Assembly: GCA_041691135.1 (NCBI GenBank)
Contig: JBEPVF010000001.1
Span: 32,001-96,000 of the forward strand
DNA from: Candidatus Peribacteria bacterium
Lineage (GTDB): Bacteria > Patescibacteriota > Gracilibacteria > Peribacterales > Peribacteraceae
Length of the DNA stretch: 64,000 bases
Direction: 5' to 3'
The notes beneath the pieces are model-generated. The model was not told the origin of the DNA. It saw nothing but the letters and a program-made list of their open reading frames with translations, and made no database searches. Made by a program: the position numbers and the translations under genes. Shown here piece after piece: positions 48,640-58,487 of this stretch (the first letter of the stretch is position 1; every line of letters begins with the position of its first letter).

Positions 48640-51168
48640 TTAATACATGATCGGACCCCGGGCGTCCGTTGCCGGGAAGTCCACTTTGTTCTCGAATTTC
48701 ACGTCACTCAAGCTGTGGCTCTGCAGCCCCCCTTGCGACAGAGTAACCAATGATTCACTCAGACGTAGAATGCGCGTGATGTCTTTGCCCCACAGATAGC
48801 TGCCTGATTTTTGCTTGTCCTCATCCGTGTAGTGAGTAATTTGGCCGCGAAGCGTCAGACCTTTGTCGAGCGAAATATTGTAGACGTACGCGCCTTGGAA
48901 AGTTTGCGTCGCCATGGCTTCGTCGGGCTTCTTGTCTTTTTCGGCGCCGAGGAATTCCATGACGTTCACAGGGAAGGCCAGCAAGTTGCGTGACTTGTCG
49001 AATAGCAATGCATGGTGATCGTAGAGGAGGGGACTGTCGGTGCCGCGATCGCCGATCACGGTCTTGTACATCTCCTTAGGATTGTTCACGTCCGACACAT
49101 CGAAGATGGCTACCTTCAGGCCTTGGACTGCCGTGTAATAAACTGCATTGTCACTGTGGACCTTGTCGGCATCGATGGATTCGTCGACTTCTTTGCCAAA
49201 GCCGATCAAGTGTGTTTCGTCGTAAGGATGAAGGTAGCTGCTGTATCCCGGAATCTTCAGTTTGCCGAGGATTTTCGGGTTGTGCACATCGCTCAAGTCG
49301 ATCACAAAGAGGGGATCGACTGTCTTGAACGTAACGACGTACGCACGGTTGCCGATGAAGCGCACTGCGTAGATGCTCTCGCCCGGCGCGATGCCGTCGA
49401 CTTTGCCGATTGTTTTGAGATCCATGTCAGTTACAAACAGACTGTTCGACATCGATGCGGCGGGATCCCAGTTGTTCCCGATGCTCGTCGCCACGCGGAA
49501 GGTGTCGCCGCTTTCATCCATGGCAAATTGGTTGAGTAAGTGTCCGGGAACCGATCCCTGTGCCTTGAGTTCAATGCCGTCGGATGTGAAGGCGAAGCGG
49601 AAAAAATTCGTTTTTTCGTTCTGCTGTGGATGCGCGGAATCCCATACATAGTTTTGCTGCAGCGATGCGACGTACAAGTTATCAAGGGAGGCGTAGACAT
49701 TCTGCGCATCACCCACGATCGTTTTCGTCTTCACATCCGCGTTCAAGTTTGTCGTCGGGATCACGGCAACGGTCAGGTAGGCCGGTGACAGTATGTGCGG
49801 CAGGATGGCGATCTTGGCACAGGTTGTTACAGGCATTTCGGCCGTTCCCTTGGTTGAGTCGCTGAACTTGGGAAGGATTTGATCCTCCTTTACGTTGTCG
49901 AGCGGGATTGGCTGATTCCACTGCATCGACTCGTTCAGGACCATGTACAACTGATCATTGATCATGCGCGTCGACACGCTGTTTCCGTCAAAGCGTACCG
50001 TGCGTTCCAGCTTCGGATTGGCCGGATCAGTCACGTTGTAGACGCGAATGTCTTCTTTCTGGGCCATGAAATACGGGCGCATGATCATCATGTCTCCCCG
50101 GATCTTGCTCATCGGCATCACCGGGCCGTTATTCCATGCGTTGCCGACAACGATCAGGTGATCACCGTTCAAATACAATTCCTGAGGCGTCACATTGTCT
50201 TTGGAGAAATCAATCGTCGCCACTTGCTTCATGGCGCTCGCCGGCTGCGACTTCACAATGTACACGTTCTGGTTCTGAACCGTGTATACGTAGGTTCCGT
50301 CGGTCTTTACCGTATCGCCTTCATCCACTCCTTCGACCTGCACATTCGTCGTCGAGTGATCGGCCATTACAGCCGTTGAATTGGCGGACTTCATCTCGGC
50401 GCCGGGAGCGGCTTGGGGTGCCACCGCATCGCGCATCATGAGCGGACCGCCACCGTAACCTATGCTTTGAGTCGATAGTGTTGCACCAAACGCGCTGATA
50501 TCTGCACAGGTCTTCGCTGTCTGCACCGCATCGGATGCGGTGTTGATGCTCAGCTTCGGATTCTGAATATTCAGTACGCCCTTGGTCGGCTGATCGGTTT
50601 TCTTCTCGCTGATGCGCCACATCATTTCGGCCATTTCGCCGCGAGTGAGGAGGGCATCGAGTTTGCCGATCGTCGGTGGAATGGCTTTAGCCGATTCGAG
50701 TGCGCTCGTGTATGGCGTGTACCACTCGCCGCCTGAACTTTCTACTTTTTGCTTGTAGGCAAGCGATAGGACTTTTGATGCTTCCACAAACGTGATGTTC
50801 TGCCCCGGCTTGGCGGTACCGTCGGCGTAGCCCGACACGATGCCTTCGGCCTTGGCGGTGCAGAAATATTTGGCGAACCATTCGTCTTTCACGTCCGGGA
50901 AACAGTTGCTTCCCGTAAGATCGGCGGTGCCGCGCGCTTCCAAAATGATCTTCAAAAATTCACCACGCGTGATGGATTGACCGGATTTGAATGTGCCATC
51001 GGCATAGCCCTTGAGCACGCCTTTGGCTGCCAGCGCATCGATGGCAGTACTGTATTGGGTGCCTGCTTTTACATCACTGAATGCGAAAGTGCTCACTGGA
51101 AAAAACGTCGCAGCCATGCCAATCAGTGTGGCAGCCGCTGCGGCGCGGGGAGTCGAGAAACGTATCAT
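48640..51168 (-). CDS. SLH plus beta-propeller-domain secreted protein
   Basis: Signal peptide, three SLH repeats, then 'STTNVQVEGVDEGDTVKTDG', 'LNQFAMDE', 'VTFKTVDPLFVIDLS', 'LKIPGYSSYLHP'. Confidence 0.92.
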   Translation of the reverse strand: MIRFSTPRAAAAATLIGMAATFFPVSTFAFSDVKAGTQYSTAIDALAAKGVLKGYADGTFKSGQSITRGEFLKIILEARGTADLTGSNCFPDVKDEWFAKYFCTAKAEGIVSGYADGTAKPGQNITFVEASKVLSLAYKQKVESSGGEWYTPYTSALESAKAIPPTIGKLDALLTRGEMAEMMWRISEKKTDQPTKGVLNIQNPKLSINTASDAVQTAKTCADISAFGATLSTQSIGYGGGPLMMRDAVAPQAAPGAEMKSANSTAVMADHSTTNVQVEGVDEGDTVKTDGTYVYTVQNQNVYIVKSQPASAMKQVATIDFSKDNVTPQELYLNGDHLIVVGNAWNNGPVMPMSKIRGDMMIMRPYFMAQKEDIRVYNVTDPANPKLERTVRFDGNSVSTRMINDQLYMVLNESMQWNQPIPLDNVKEDQILPKFSDSTKGTAEMPVTTCAKIAILPHILSPAYLTVAVIPTTNLNADVKTKTIVGDAQNVYASLDNLYVASLQQNYVWDSAHPQQNEKTNFFRFAFTSDGIELKAQGSVPGHLLNQFAMDESGDTFRVATSIGNNWDPAASMSNSLFVTDMDLKTIGKVDGIAPGESIYAVRFIGNRAYVVTFKTVDPLFVIDLSDVHNPKILGKLKIPGYSSYLHPYDETHLIGFGKEVDESIDADKVHSDNAVYYTAVQGLKVAIFDVSDVNNPKEMYKTVIGDRGTDSPLLYDHHALLFDKSRNLLAFPVNVMEFLGAEKDKKPDEAMATQTFQGAYVYNISLDKGLTLRGQITHYTDEDKQKSGSYLWGKDITRILRLSESLVTLSQGGLQSHSLSDVKFENKVDFPATDARGPIMY

Positions 51169-51360
51169 AAGAAGAGAGGGGAAGATGTCTACACTGACAT
51201 AACGTTGAGGGTACCAAAAAGGTTACAGTACATCGGGAGGTTCTGTGGTGTGCGTCAAATCATTTCTGTATATCTAAAAGCGGCCGGTATGTCGGCCGCG
51301 AGGTTGATCGATGGGCCGGCCATCCCATGTGGAAGGCCGTAAATTCTCGTTCGCAATTCA

Positions 51361-51522
51361 TTACGTCTGTTCATCCATTTTTGGCGGGTTGAGTCGGTCC
51401 GCTATCATCATAAGGATGGCTCCGATGATTGGAATAGACCAGAGATCGTGCAGTTGAAACATATACACGTAGGCCCCGCCAACCGCGAAAATCAGTCCGA
51501 CTACAAGAACCAGTCGTTTCAT
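51361..51522 (-). CDS. 53-aa two-TM microprotein (array unit 1)
   Basis: MKRLVLVVGLIFAVGGAYVYMFQLHDLWSIPIIGAILMMIADRLNPPKMDEQT; SD-like AGGTGA before the ATG. Confidence 0.75.
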   Translation of the reverse strand: MKRLVLVVGLIFAVGGAYVYMFQLHDLWSIPIIGAILMMIADRLNPPKMDEQT

Positions 51523-51666
51523 GGTCTCACCTGTAACGAGAGGCGAAATGATCAACTGAAGCTAACCTACAATAAAAATGAAAATTACAAAATTTTTCTT
51601 GGCCTTGGTTCACAGCAAATAAAAGGCGGCCGGATGAACCGGCCGCAGGGGTTGATCGGAGCCTGT

Positions 51667-51870
51667 CTAGATGACAGGTGTGTGATACTTGGTTCGGCGC
51701 CATGGCCGCAGCCTCCAGAATATCAGTGCGCCGATGAGTGGCACCGGGCATGCCCAGAGGTATTTGCCGCTGAGGGCGATGTACATTCCAAAGGCCACGA
51801 ATGCCACGCCGAGGATATGGAGAATGACCAGCCGAAATGTTCCCACGATGCTCTCCTGTGCATGAGACAT
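51667..51870 (-). CDS. 59-67-aa two-TM microprotein (array unit 2)
   Basis: ...FRLVILHILGVAFVAFGMYIALSGKYLWACPVPLIGALIFWRLRPWRR...; start ATG 51870, or GTG 51846 which follows AGGAG. Confidence 0.75.
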   Translation of the reverse strand: MSHAQESIVGTFRLVILHILGVAFVAFGMYIALSGKYLWACPVPLIGALIFWRLRPWRRTKYHTPVI

Positions 51871-51985
51871 GGAGGATTTGATCAACTCAAACCAATCTAT
51901 AACAAAAATAAAAATTACAAAGTTTTTCTTGTGCCTTGACCTATGTCATGTAGAAGCGGCCGGTATGAACCGGCCGCAGAGTTGA

Positions 51986-52132
51986 TCACTCTCGTGTGGC
52001 GTACAAGCACAAGGACATGAACGCCGCCACTACCCACAGGATGATAGCTACCGACATGGGCCCTTGGACCCAAAAGTTGAAGCCGGTTCCTACGGTGACA
52101 GCCACCGCAAGCAACCCAATGAAGCGGAGCAC
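51986..52132 (-). CDS. 48-aa two-TM microprotein (array unit 3; not in the ORF track)
   Basis: Manual translation from GTG 52132: MLRFIGLLAVAVTVGTGFNFWVQGPMSVAIILWVVAAFMSLCLYATRE; GGGAGGTG SD; TGA stop overlaps GATCAAC. Confidence 0.72.
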   Translation of the reverse strand: MLRFIGLLAVAVTVGTGFNFWVQGPMSVAIILWVVAAFMSLCLYATRE

Positions 52133-52362
52133 TGTCACCTCCCTCTTTTAAAGAATTAAGGACATGCGATCAACAAGTACTAAATTACAATAAAAAATTT
52201 AAAAGGCAAATAATTCTTCGTACTCCATAGTCTGGTAGAAGGCCGGGGTGACGGGCAACAATCAGCGATGAATCGGACTAACTCCATTGGCCGCGAAGAA
52301 AGCGGCACCGCCATGCTGAAAAATCTGCTAAATGTTTGTCGAGCCATCTGACTTTTCAATTG

Positions 52363-52392
52363 AAAAAGCCCGGCTCATCACCAGGCTTTTTC
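52363..52392 (-). terminator. groEL terminator
   Basis: AAAAAGCC(C)GG...CCAGGCTTTTT imperfect hairpin after the groEL stop. Confidence 0.7.
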
Positions 52393-52410
52393 TTAATTCC
52401 ACAGTTCCTT

Positions 52411-54048
52411 TTAGTATTCCATATCTCCCATGCCTCCTCCCGGCATTGCGGGCATCGGCTTCTCTTTCTCCGGAATGTCAGTAACAGCCACTTCCAACGT
52501 GAGGAACATTGAGGCTACTGATGCGGCGTTCTGCAGTGCGCTGCGCGTGACTTTCTTTGGGTCGATGACCATTGCTTTGACGAGGTCCTCGTACTCGCCG
52601 GTCATCGCGTTGTAGCCGACGTTGCCCTTGTAGTTGCTCATCACTTTTTCGACGACTACTTTGCCTTCGACGCCGGCATTGTCGGCGATGTGGCGGGCCG
52701 GAGCTGACAAAGCGCCGCGGATGATTTCCACGCCGATTTGCTCGTCTTCATTCTTGAGCTTCAACTTATCAAGCGCTTCGATGGCGCGGATGTAGGCCGT
52801 GCCGCCACCCGGGACGATACCTTCCTCAGCTGCGGCGCGCGTTGCGGACAGAGCATCTTCCACGCGGTGCTGCTTCTCTTTCTGTTCGATTTCCGTCGCG
52901 GCTCCCACTTTGACGACAGCGACACCACCGCTCAACTTTGCGAGTCGCTCCTGGAGCTTTTCGCGATCGAAGTCGGACTTCGTGTTGTCGACAGCGGCCT
53001 TGATTTCGTTCTTGCGGGCTTCGATGTCTTTCTTGCTGCCAGCACCGTCGATGATGAGGCAGTTGTCCTTCGTCGCGACGACGCGGCGAGCCTGACCCAA
53101 GTCATCAGCCGTAGCATTTTCGAGCTTCAAGCCGACTTCCTCCGAGATCACGCGACCACCGGTGAGGACGGCGATGTCTCTGAGGATCTCTTTGCGGCGA
53201 TCGCCGAAGGCCGGAGCTTTGATGGCGAGTGTGCTGAATGTGCCGCGCAGTTTATTGAGTACGAGGGTGGTGAGCGCTTCTCCTTCCACCGTCTCGGCAA
53301 TGATGACCAGCTCCTTGCGACCCTTCTGGGCAAGTGACTCGAGCAACGGCAGGATTTCCTGGATGGAGGCGATTTTTTTGTCGGTGATGAGAATGTACGG
53401 GCGTTCGAATGTCGCTTTCATCGTCGCCGGATCGGTGACGAAGTACGGCGAAATATAACCCTGATCGAACTGCATGCCTTCGACGAATTCTTTTTCGAGG
53501 CCCAGCGTCTGTCCGGCCTCGACCGTGACGACGCCATCCTTGCCCACTTCGTCGATCACTTCGGCAATCACTTCGCCGATCTCCGGATCTTGTGCCGAAA
53601 TCGTGGCAACAGCGGCGTATTCCTCACGCTTGTTCACCGTCTTCTTCTGTGTATCCAAATGATCAACGACGGCATCGACGGCCTTCATGATGCCGTTCTT
53701 GATGCTGATCGCATTCTTGCCGCTGCCGAGGTGCTTAAGTCCCTCCTGCATAATGGCATGCGCGAGCACGGTAGCAGTTGTTGTTCCATCTCCGGCGGCG
53801 TCATTGGTCTTGGTGGCGGCCTGCTTCACCAATTCGGCACCCATATTTTCGTACGGATCCGGCAGTTCGATTTCTTTGGCGACGGTTACGCCGTCTTTGG
53901 TGACAGTCGGTCCGCCGTACTTTTTGTCGATGCATACGTTGCGGCCGAGCGGGCCCATCGTGGCGGATACGGCATTGGCGAGTTTGGTCACTCCCTTGAG
54001 GAGTTTTTCGCGCGCTTCGTTACTGAAGAGGAGTTGCTTGGCTGGCAT
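52411..54048 (-). CDS. groL: Chaperonin GroEL
   Basis: '[11 protein letters not shown]', '[11 protein letters not shown]', '[14 protein letters not shown]', GGM tail. Confidence 0.99.
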   Translation of the reverse strand: MPAKQLLFSNEAREKLLKGVTKLANAVSATMGPLGRNVCIDKKYGGPTVTKDGVTVAKEIELPDPYENMGAELVKQAATKTNDAAGDGTTTATVLAHAIMQEGLKHLGSGKNAISIKNGIMKAVDAVVDHLDTQKKTVNKREEYAAVATISAQDPEIGEVIAEVIDEVGKDGVVTVEAGQTLGLEKEFVEGMQFDQGYISPYFVTDPATMKATFERPYILITDKKIASIQEILPLLESLAQKGRKELVIIAETVEGEALTTLVLNKLRGTFSTLAIKAPAFGDRRKEILRDIAVLTGGRVISEEVGLKLENATADDLGQARRVVATKDNCLIIDGAGSKKDIEARKNEIKAAVDNTKSDFDREKLQERLAKLSGGVAVVKVGAATEIEQKEKQHRVEDALSATRAAAEEGIVPGGGTAYIRAIEALDKLKLKNEDEQIGVEIIRGALSAPARHIADNAGVEGKVVVEKVMSNYKGNVGYNAMTGEYEDLVKAMVIDPKKVTRSALQNAASVASMFLTLEVAVTDIPEKEKPMPAMPGGGMGDMEY

Positions 54049-54093
54049 GAGAGAGGAATGAAGAATGTAAAATGGACAATGAGAAGAATCAGA

Positions 54094-54441
54094 TTATTTA
54101 CCCTCGACGAGTCCGAGGATCGAATCAAGGTGGAGAATTTTTACTTCGATATCTTTGCCATCGACGCTCTTGAGCTTCACATCGTCGCCGGCGTACTTGC
54201 CGAACAGGACCGTATCGCCGACTTTTACGAATTCGGATGGATTCACACTGTCTTTACCAATACCACCTTTGCCAACCGCGATCACGATTCCTTCCTGTGG
54301 CTTTTCGCCGGAAGCGGTATCGGGGATCACGATGCCCGAGGCGGTCACGCTTTCCTTTTCGAGCGGACGGACAACGACGCGGTCACCGATGGGTCGGATA
54401 TTGACGGCGAGTTTGGGAGTTTTCGATGTGGAGGTTGCCAT
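54094..54441 (-). CDS. groS: Co-chaperonin GroES
   Basis: 'IRPIGDRVVV', 'TASGIVIPD', 'VKVGDTVLFGKYAG'. Confidence 0.98.
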   Translation of the reverse strand: MATSTSKTPKLAVNIRPIGDRVVVRPLEKESVTASGIVIPDTASGEKPQEGIVIAVGKGGIGKDSVNPSEFVKVGDTVLFGKYAGDDVKLKSVDGKDIEVKILHLDSILGLVEGK

Positions 54442-54510
54442 AGAAATGAAAGGGGAGTTGATAAGGAGAATAGATAAGTATGATGACGTTGAAGGGTAGT
54501 GAGTTGTGAT

Positions 54511-54550
54511 TTATCAGTCGGAATTCTAGAGTGATAACACTTGAAGTCAA
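54511..54550 (-). promoter_or_regulatory. groESL sigma70-type promoter overlapped by a CIRCE-like operator
   Basis: Minus strand TTGACT-N16-TAGAAT; TTATCACTC-N9-GACTGATAA at 54537-54511 versus canonical TTAGCACTC-N9-GAGTGCTAA. Confidence 0.8.
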
Positions 54551-54707
54551 GGTTTGTTAATACATATACTGCCGGAAATTCCTGAAGATTACATTGATGA
54601 CTTATCCGGAATCACGATGCCAGGTGCATTGAGCACAAATCATCCGATGCTGGATTTGCAAATGAGCAATAGATCTTCGCGAGAAGAGTTCGTACACTTC
54701 ACTTGCA

Positions 54708-55256
54708 ATGAACTTCCTCCGCGTAATGATCAGAAAATTGTCGCACCGGCTCCGGGGCTTCACGCTCATCGAAATTATGATGGCGATTGCGATCATTTCG
54801 ATTCTCGCGACGATCGTCTACGGTTCTATCGGAAATGCCTTGGAAAAAGCGCGTTTTGCACGAGCGAAGGCGGAGTTGTCGGAAATCGCAAAGGCTGCCG
54901 AACAAATGGCGCTCAACAATGGCGGTATATGGCCGCCTGATGCCAGCCGTTCCTTGCCCTCCGGTATCGAAACATATCTTGGACCGGGTACGTGGCCCGA
55001 TGCCCCCTGGGATGGATCCGTGTTTGATTGGGACAACTTCGAAACAGACTTGGGCGAGCAGACGTATCAAATCTCCATACGCTTCTGCCCGCTTGGACTG
55101 CCCGATCAATGTAAATTCCCCGATGAGCCATGGGCCAAAGACTTCGATTACTACAGCAGCGTCTATTATTGCATCTATGGCCATTGCCGCGCACATATCA
55201 ATATGCCGGCGGATCATCCGGGTTTGTGTGTAAATTGCGGGGATAACGTTCAGTAA
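54708..55256 (+). CDS. Type IV pilin/pseudopilin-like protein
   Basis: Prepilin motif RG/FTLIEIMMAIAIISILA, 'ARFARAKAEL', Cys-rich C-terminus. Confidence 0.9.
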   Translation: MNFLRVMIRKLSHRLRGFTLIEIMMAIAIISILATIVYGSIGNALEKARFARAKAELSEIAKAAEQMALNNGGIWPPDASRSLPSGIETYLGPGTWPDAPWDGSVFDWDNFETDLGEQTYQISIRFCPLGLPDQCKFPDEPWAKDFDYYSSVYYCIYGHCRAHINMPADHPGLCVNCGDNVQ

Positions 55257-55278
55257 CCAGATCAGAATTATTTTTTGC

Positions 55279-56529
55279 TCATGATCGTATTTGTCCATTG
55301 CCCCTGACGATCCATTTATAACTGGTCAGTTCTCGCAACCCCATCGGACCGCGTGCATGAAGTTTTTGCGTTGATATGCCGATCTCGGCGCCCATGCCGA
55401 ATTGTGCGCCGTCACTGAAGCCGGTGGAAGCGTTGGCGTACACGGCCGCAGCATCAACTTTTTTGAGGAATGTATCGATCGACTCCTGGCTCTGTGACAC
55501 GATCGCTTCGCTGTGCTTGGAACCATAGGCAGCGATGTGTGCCAGAGCTTCGTCGAGGTTTCCGACGGTCTTGATCGACATTTTCAGCGACAGGAATTCG
55601 GTACCGAAGTCTTCGGGCTTGGCACGCTGTAGAAGCGATTCATCATACTTACCATCGAGGATCGCATACGATTCGCCGTCGGCAAAAATTTCCACGCCAT
55701 GGTCACGCAATGGCGCCACAAGCATCGGCAAATCGGCCCGTCTGTCGCGATGGATGAGCAGCGTATCGAGTGCATTGCACACGCTCGGCCGACGTGTTTT
55801 GGCATTGAGAACGATGGCCGTGGCCATCGCGATATCGGCTGAGGTATCGACGAATGTATGGACAATGCCGGCACCCGTTTCGATCACCGGCACGCGCGCA
55901 TGCTCGCGAACATACTGGATCAAACTTGCGCTGCCGCGAGGAATGATAACATCAACGAATGCAGTTGCTTGCAACATCTCCAGTGTCTCTTCGCGCTCGG
56001 TGCCGAGCAGATGTAAGGCATACGGATCTACCTCATGCTTCTTCAATACTTTCTGAATTACGCTCACCAGTGCCTGATTGGAATGAATGGCGTCGCTGCC
56101 GCCTTTGAGGACGCAAGCGTTTCCAGATTTGAAACACAGAGCGAATGCATCGACCGTCACGTTCGGCCGGGCTTCGTAGATGATGCCGATCACGCCGAGA
56201 GGCACGCTGATTTTCGATAAATGTAATTTATTGGGACGCGTGCATTCTTCCAGGATCAATCCAAGCGGCGAGGGCAGCGCGGCCACGGTCTTCACATCTT
56301 CGGCAATGCTCTTGATACGCTCTTCGGTCAGTTGCAGCCGATCATATTTCGGGTCACCGGCGTCCATCGCATCCAAATCTTTTTGGTTCGCTTTCAAAAT
56401 GCTTTTGACCTGCTTCGTAAGCGCATCGGCAAGATCCTGCAGGATGGCAGTGCGCAGCTCGTCGGTGAGGTCGCTCAGTTGCAAACTTACGGCACGGGTC
56501 TTAGCCAGTGCTGCGGCAAGGGCACTCAT
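55279..56529 (-). CDS. proA: Gamma-glutamyl phosphate reductase
   Basis: '[17 protein letters not shown]', 'SVCNALDT', '[17 protein letters not shown]'. Confidence 0.98.
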   Translation of the reverse strand: MSALAAALAKTRAVSLQLSDLTDELRTAILQDLADALTKQVKSILKANQKDLDAMDAGDPKYDRLQLTEERIKSIAEDVKTVAALPSPLGLILEECTRPNKLHLSKISVPLGVIGIIYEARPNVTVDAFALCFKSGNACVLKGGSDAIHSNQALVSVIQKVLKKHEVDPYALHLLGTEREETLEMLQATAFVDVIIPRGSASLIQYVREHARVPVIETGAGIVHTFVDTSADIAMATAIVLNAKTRRPSVCNALDTLLIHRDRRADLPMLVAPLRDHGVEIFADGESYAILDGKYDESLLQRAKPEDFGTEFLSLKMSIKTVGNLDEALAHIAAYGSKHSEAIVSQSQESIDTFLKKVDAAAVYANASTGFSDGAQFGMGAEIGISTQKLHARGPMGLRELTSYKWIVRGNGQIRS

Positions 56530-57314
56530 GACTCGAGCGACAGGGAACGCTGCTCGGCGGCATCCATAGCCGATGCAAAAATGGAAGCAAAATGTTCCTG
56601 CTCAAGCGACTGCAGTGCCGCTTCGGTCGTTCCGCCTTTCGAAGCCACGGCGTTCTTCAATTCCTCCGGCGACAACTCGCTTTTCTCCATCAGGAGGCCG
56701 CTGGCTGCCAATACTTCCCGACCGATCGAGCGGGCCGCCTCATCCGAAAAACCTTTGCGCTTGGCATTCTGTTCCAACTGTTCGGCAAGCAGAAAAAAGT
56801 ATGCCGGTCCCGAACCGGCAAGCGCAGTGAAGGCATCGATCATAGTCTCCACAGTCACTTCCGTCTGACTGCCCGTCGCCGCGAAAATCTGACGCGCGCA
56901 TTCTTTTTGCTCCTCCGTCACTTCCGGTCCCGCCATCCACGCCGTCATGCCGTGATGCACCTGCACGCCGAGGTTGGGCATGCAGCGGATCACATCGTTG
57001 GTATCGAGTGACTTCGTGAGTGTGCGCAGCGATACGCCGGCCATGATCGAAATGACTAATTTTCCATGGAGCGATCCGGCCAACTGCTTGGCGAGAGCGG
57101 AAAAAGATTGTGGCTTTACGGCAATCAAGACAACCTGCGCATCGCGAACTGCTTCCACCGGATTGTCGCTTTGTTTTGCGCTATGAAACTTCGACAACTG
57201 CTGGGCATCGCTTTCGCATAGTGACAACTGGTACTCCGGCATCGCAGCATGCAGGCTTTTTGCATACGCGCCGCCCATTTTTCCGATGCCGATGATGGCG
57301 ATTGAATGTGTCAT
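56526..57314 (-). CDS. proC: Pyrroline-5-carboxylate reductase
   Basis: 'IGIGKMG', 'AVKPQ', 'RCMPN', 'GSGPAY', 'VASKGGTT'. Confidence 0.97.
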   Translation of the reverse strand: MTHSIAIIGIGKMGGAYAKSLHAAMPEYQLSLCESDAQQLSKFHSAKQSDNPVEAVRDAQVVLIAVKPQSFSALAKQLAGSLHGKLVISIMAGVSLRTLTKSLDTNDVIRCMPNLGVQVHHGMTAWMAGPEVTEEQKECARQIFAATGSQTEVTVETMIDAFTALAGSGPAYFFLLAEQLEQNAKRKGFSDEAARSIGREVLAASGLLMEKSELSPEELKNAVASKGGTTEAALQSLEQEHFASIFASAMDAAEQRSLSLES

Positions 57315-58396
57315 GCGTACAGGAAAAGATAATCGTAGTGTACCAGCGGCTTCTGATCTTTTTTACCCATGGCGTTTCGCGCTTCGTCAGCCGAGTAACG
57401 CGCGATGCCGAGGCCGATGCCATGGCCATCGGGGCCGCAAAGCTTTATCAGATCGCCTTTGTCGAAATTACCTTCAACTTTTGAAATTCCCACTGGTAGC
57501 AAGCTGACTGCCTGCTCCTTGGAGCCTAGGATGTCGACTGCGCCTTGATTCAAAACTACGCGACCTCGTGTGCGACCTTCGTTGCCGGCTACCCAGCGCT
57601 TGACGCTTGACGATGAACGCTTGGCCGGAAAAAGCGTTCCCACTTTTTCGCCATGCACAATACTGAGTAAGTTTCCGTCGATTCTTCCGGACGCGATATG
57701 AGCGGTGATGCCGAGCGCCGATGCACGCAGAGCAGTCTCACATTTGGTATGCATGCCGCCACGACCGAAGCTCGACTTTTCGGCCTTCAGATATTTTTTC
57801 CATTCCTGAGAACCGTTGTCGATTTGCGGCAGCAGCGTACAGGTCGGGTCGTTCGGATCGCCGGTATAGACGCCCTGTACATTCGTCAGGATGATCAGGC
57901 CGTTCGCATCGACCATTGCCGCAATCAGTCCGGCGAGTTCGTCGTTGTCGGTGAACATCAATTCGTTGATCGACACCGAATCGTTTTCGTTGACGATGGG
58001 AATGATGCCTTCACTCACCAGACTCGTCAGACATTTGCGCATGTTCAGGTAATGTTCGCGATCGCGAAAATCTTCCTTGGTCGCCAGCACTTGAGCTGCG
58101 ATGAAGTTTTCCTTCGAAAACAGATCGTCGTATGTCTGGACTAGTTTGATCTGTCCGACTGCCGCCAACACCTGCCTGGCGGCGATCCGGCTCATATCCA
58201 TCGACGGTTTCACGGCAGCACGCCCGGCTGCCATCGCGCCCGACGAAACGAAAATCACTTCCACTCCTTCGCGCTTCAGCTGAGCGATCTGTCCGGTGAG
58301 CGAGCGCAACACCTGCTGATCGAGCAATCCATCGTCACGTGTGATCACGTTCGTGCCGACCTTCACGACGATGCGCTGATACACGGGTTTTGTCAT
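57311..58396 (-). CDS. proB: Glutamate 5-kinase with PUA domain
   Basis: ATG 58396; 'RIVVKVGT', 'VSSGA', 'PIVNEND', 'DNDELA', 'GRGGMHTK', 'SLLPVGI'. Confidence 0.97.
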   Translation of the reverse strand: MTKPVYQRIVVKVGTNVITRDDGLLDQQVLRSLTGQIAQLKREGVEVIFVSSGAMAAGRAAVKPSMDMSRIAARQVLAAVGQIKLVQTYDDLFSKENFIAAQVLATKEDFRDREHYLNMRKCLTSLVSEGIIPIVNENDSVSINELMFTDNDELAGLIAAMVDANGLIILTNVQGVYTGDPNDPTCTLLPQIDNGSQEWKKYLKAEKSSFGRGGMHTKCETALRASALGITAHIASGRIDGNLLSIVHGEKVGTLFPAKRSSSSVKRWVAGNEGRTRGRVVLNQGAVDILGSKEQAVSLLPVGISKVEGNFDKGDLIKLCGPDGHGIGLGIARYSADEARNAMGKKDQKPLVHYDYLFLYA

Positions 58397-58487
58397 GGTG
58401 CAGCCATTATGAGGCCGTTTTGGTATTTGTCGACTGATTCGGAAGCCTGAGATGTAATCGGTCACTCGCTCGGCTACACTTCCCGCC

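Larger units (their letters stand above)
51276..52215 (-). repeat. Three tandem units with conserved non-coding scaffold and variable small ORFs
   Basis: GCGGCCG(G)-loop-(C)CGGCCGC hairpins at 51280, 51626 and 51956, each followed by GTTGATC; GATCAAC plus an AT-rich promoter-like block at 51550, 51880 and 52168. Confidence 0.9.

Noticed and set aside
51276-52215. CRISPR array or canonical integron attC cassette array
   Set aside because: Units are about 340 bp with coding cargo, not 30-40-bp spacers, and no cas genes are present. The GATCAAC...GTTGATC ends and the stop codon overlapping GATCAAC do recall attC R boxes. However, there are no complementary L boxes, the interior looks like a terminator plus promoter, and no integrase is in the window. 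An IntegronFinder run would settle it.
52220-52330. Possible fourth cassette unit (GGCCGG...GGCCGC)
   Set aside because: No GTTGATC/GATCAAC pair, no intact hairpin and no hydrophobic ORF.
54554-54940. 128-aa ORF between groES and the pilin gene
   Set aside because: It overlaps the clear pilin gene in another frame, has a TTG start beside the groES promoter, and shows no protein features.
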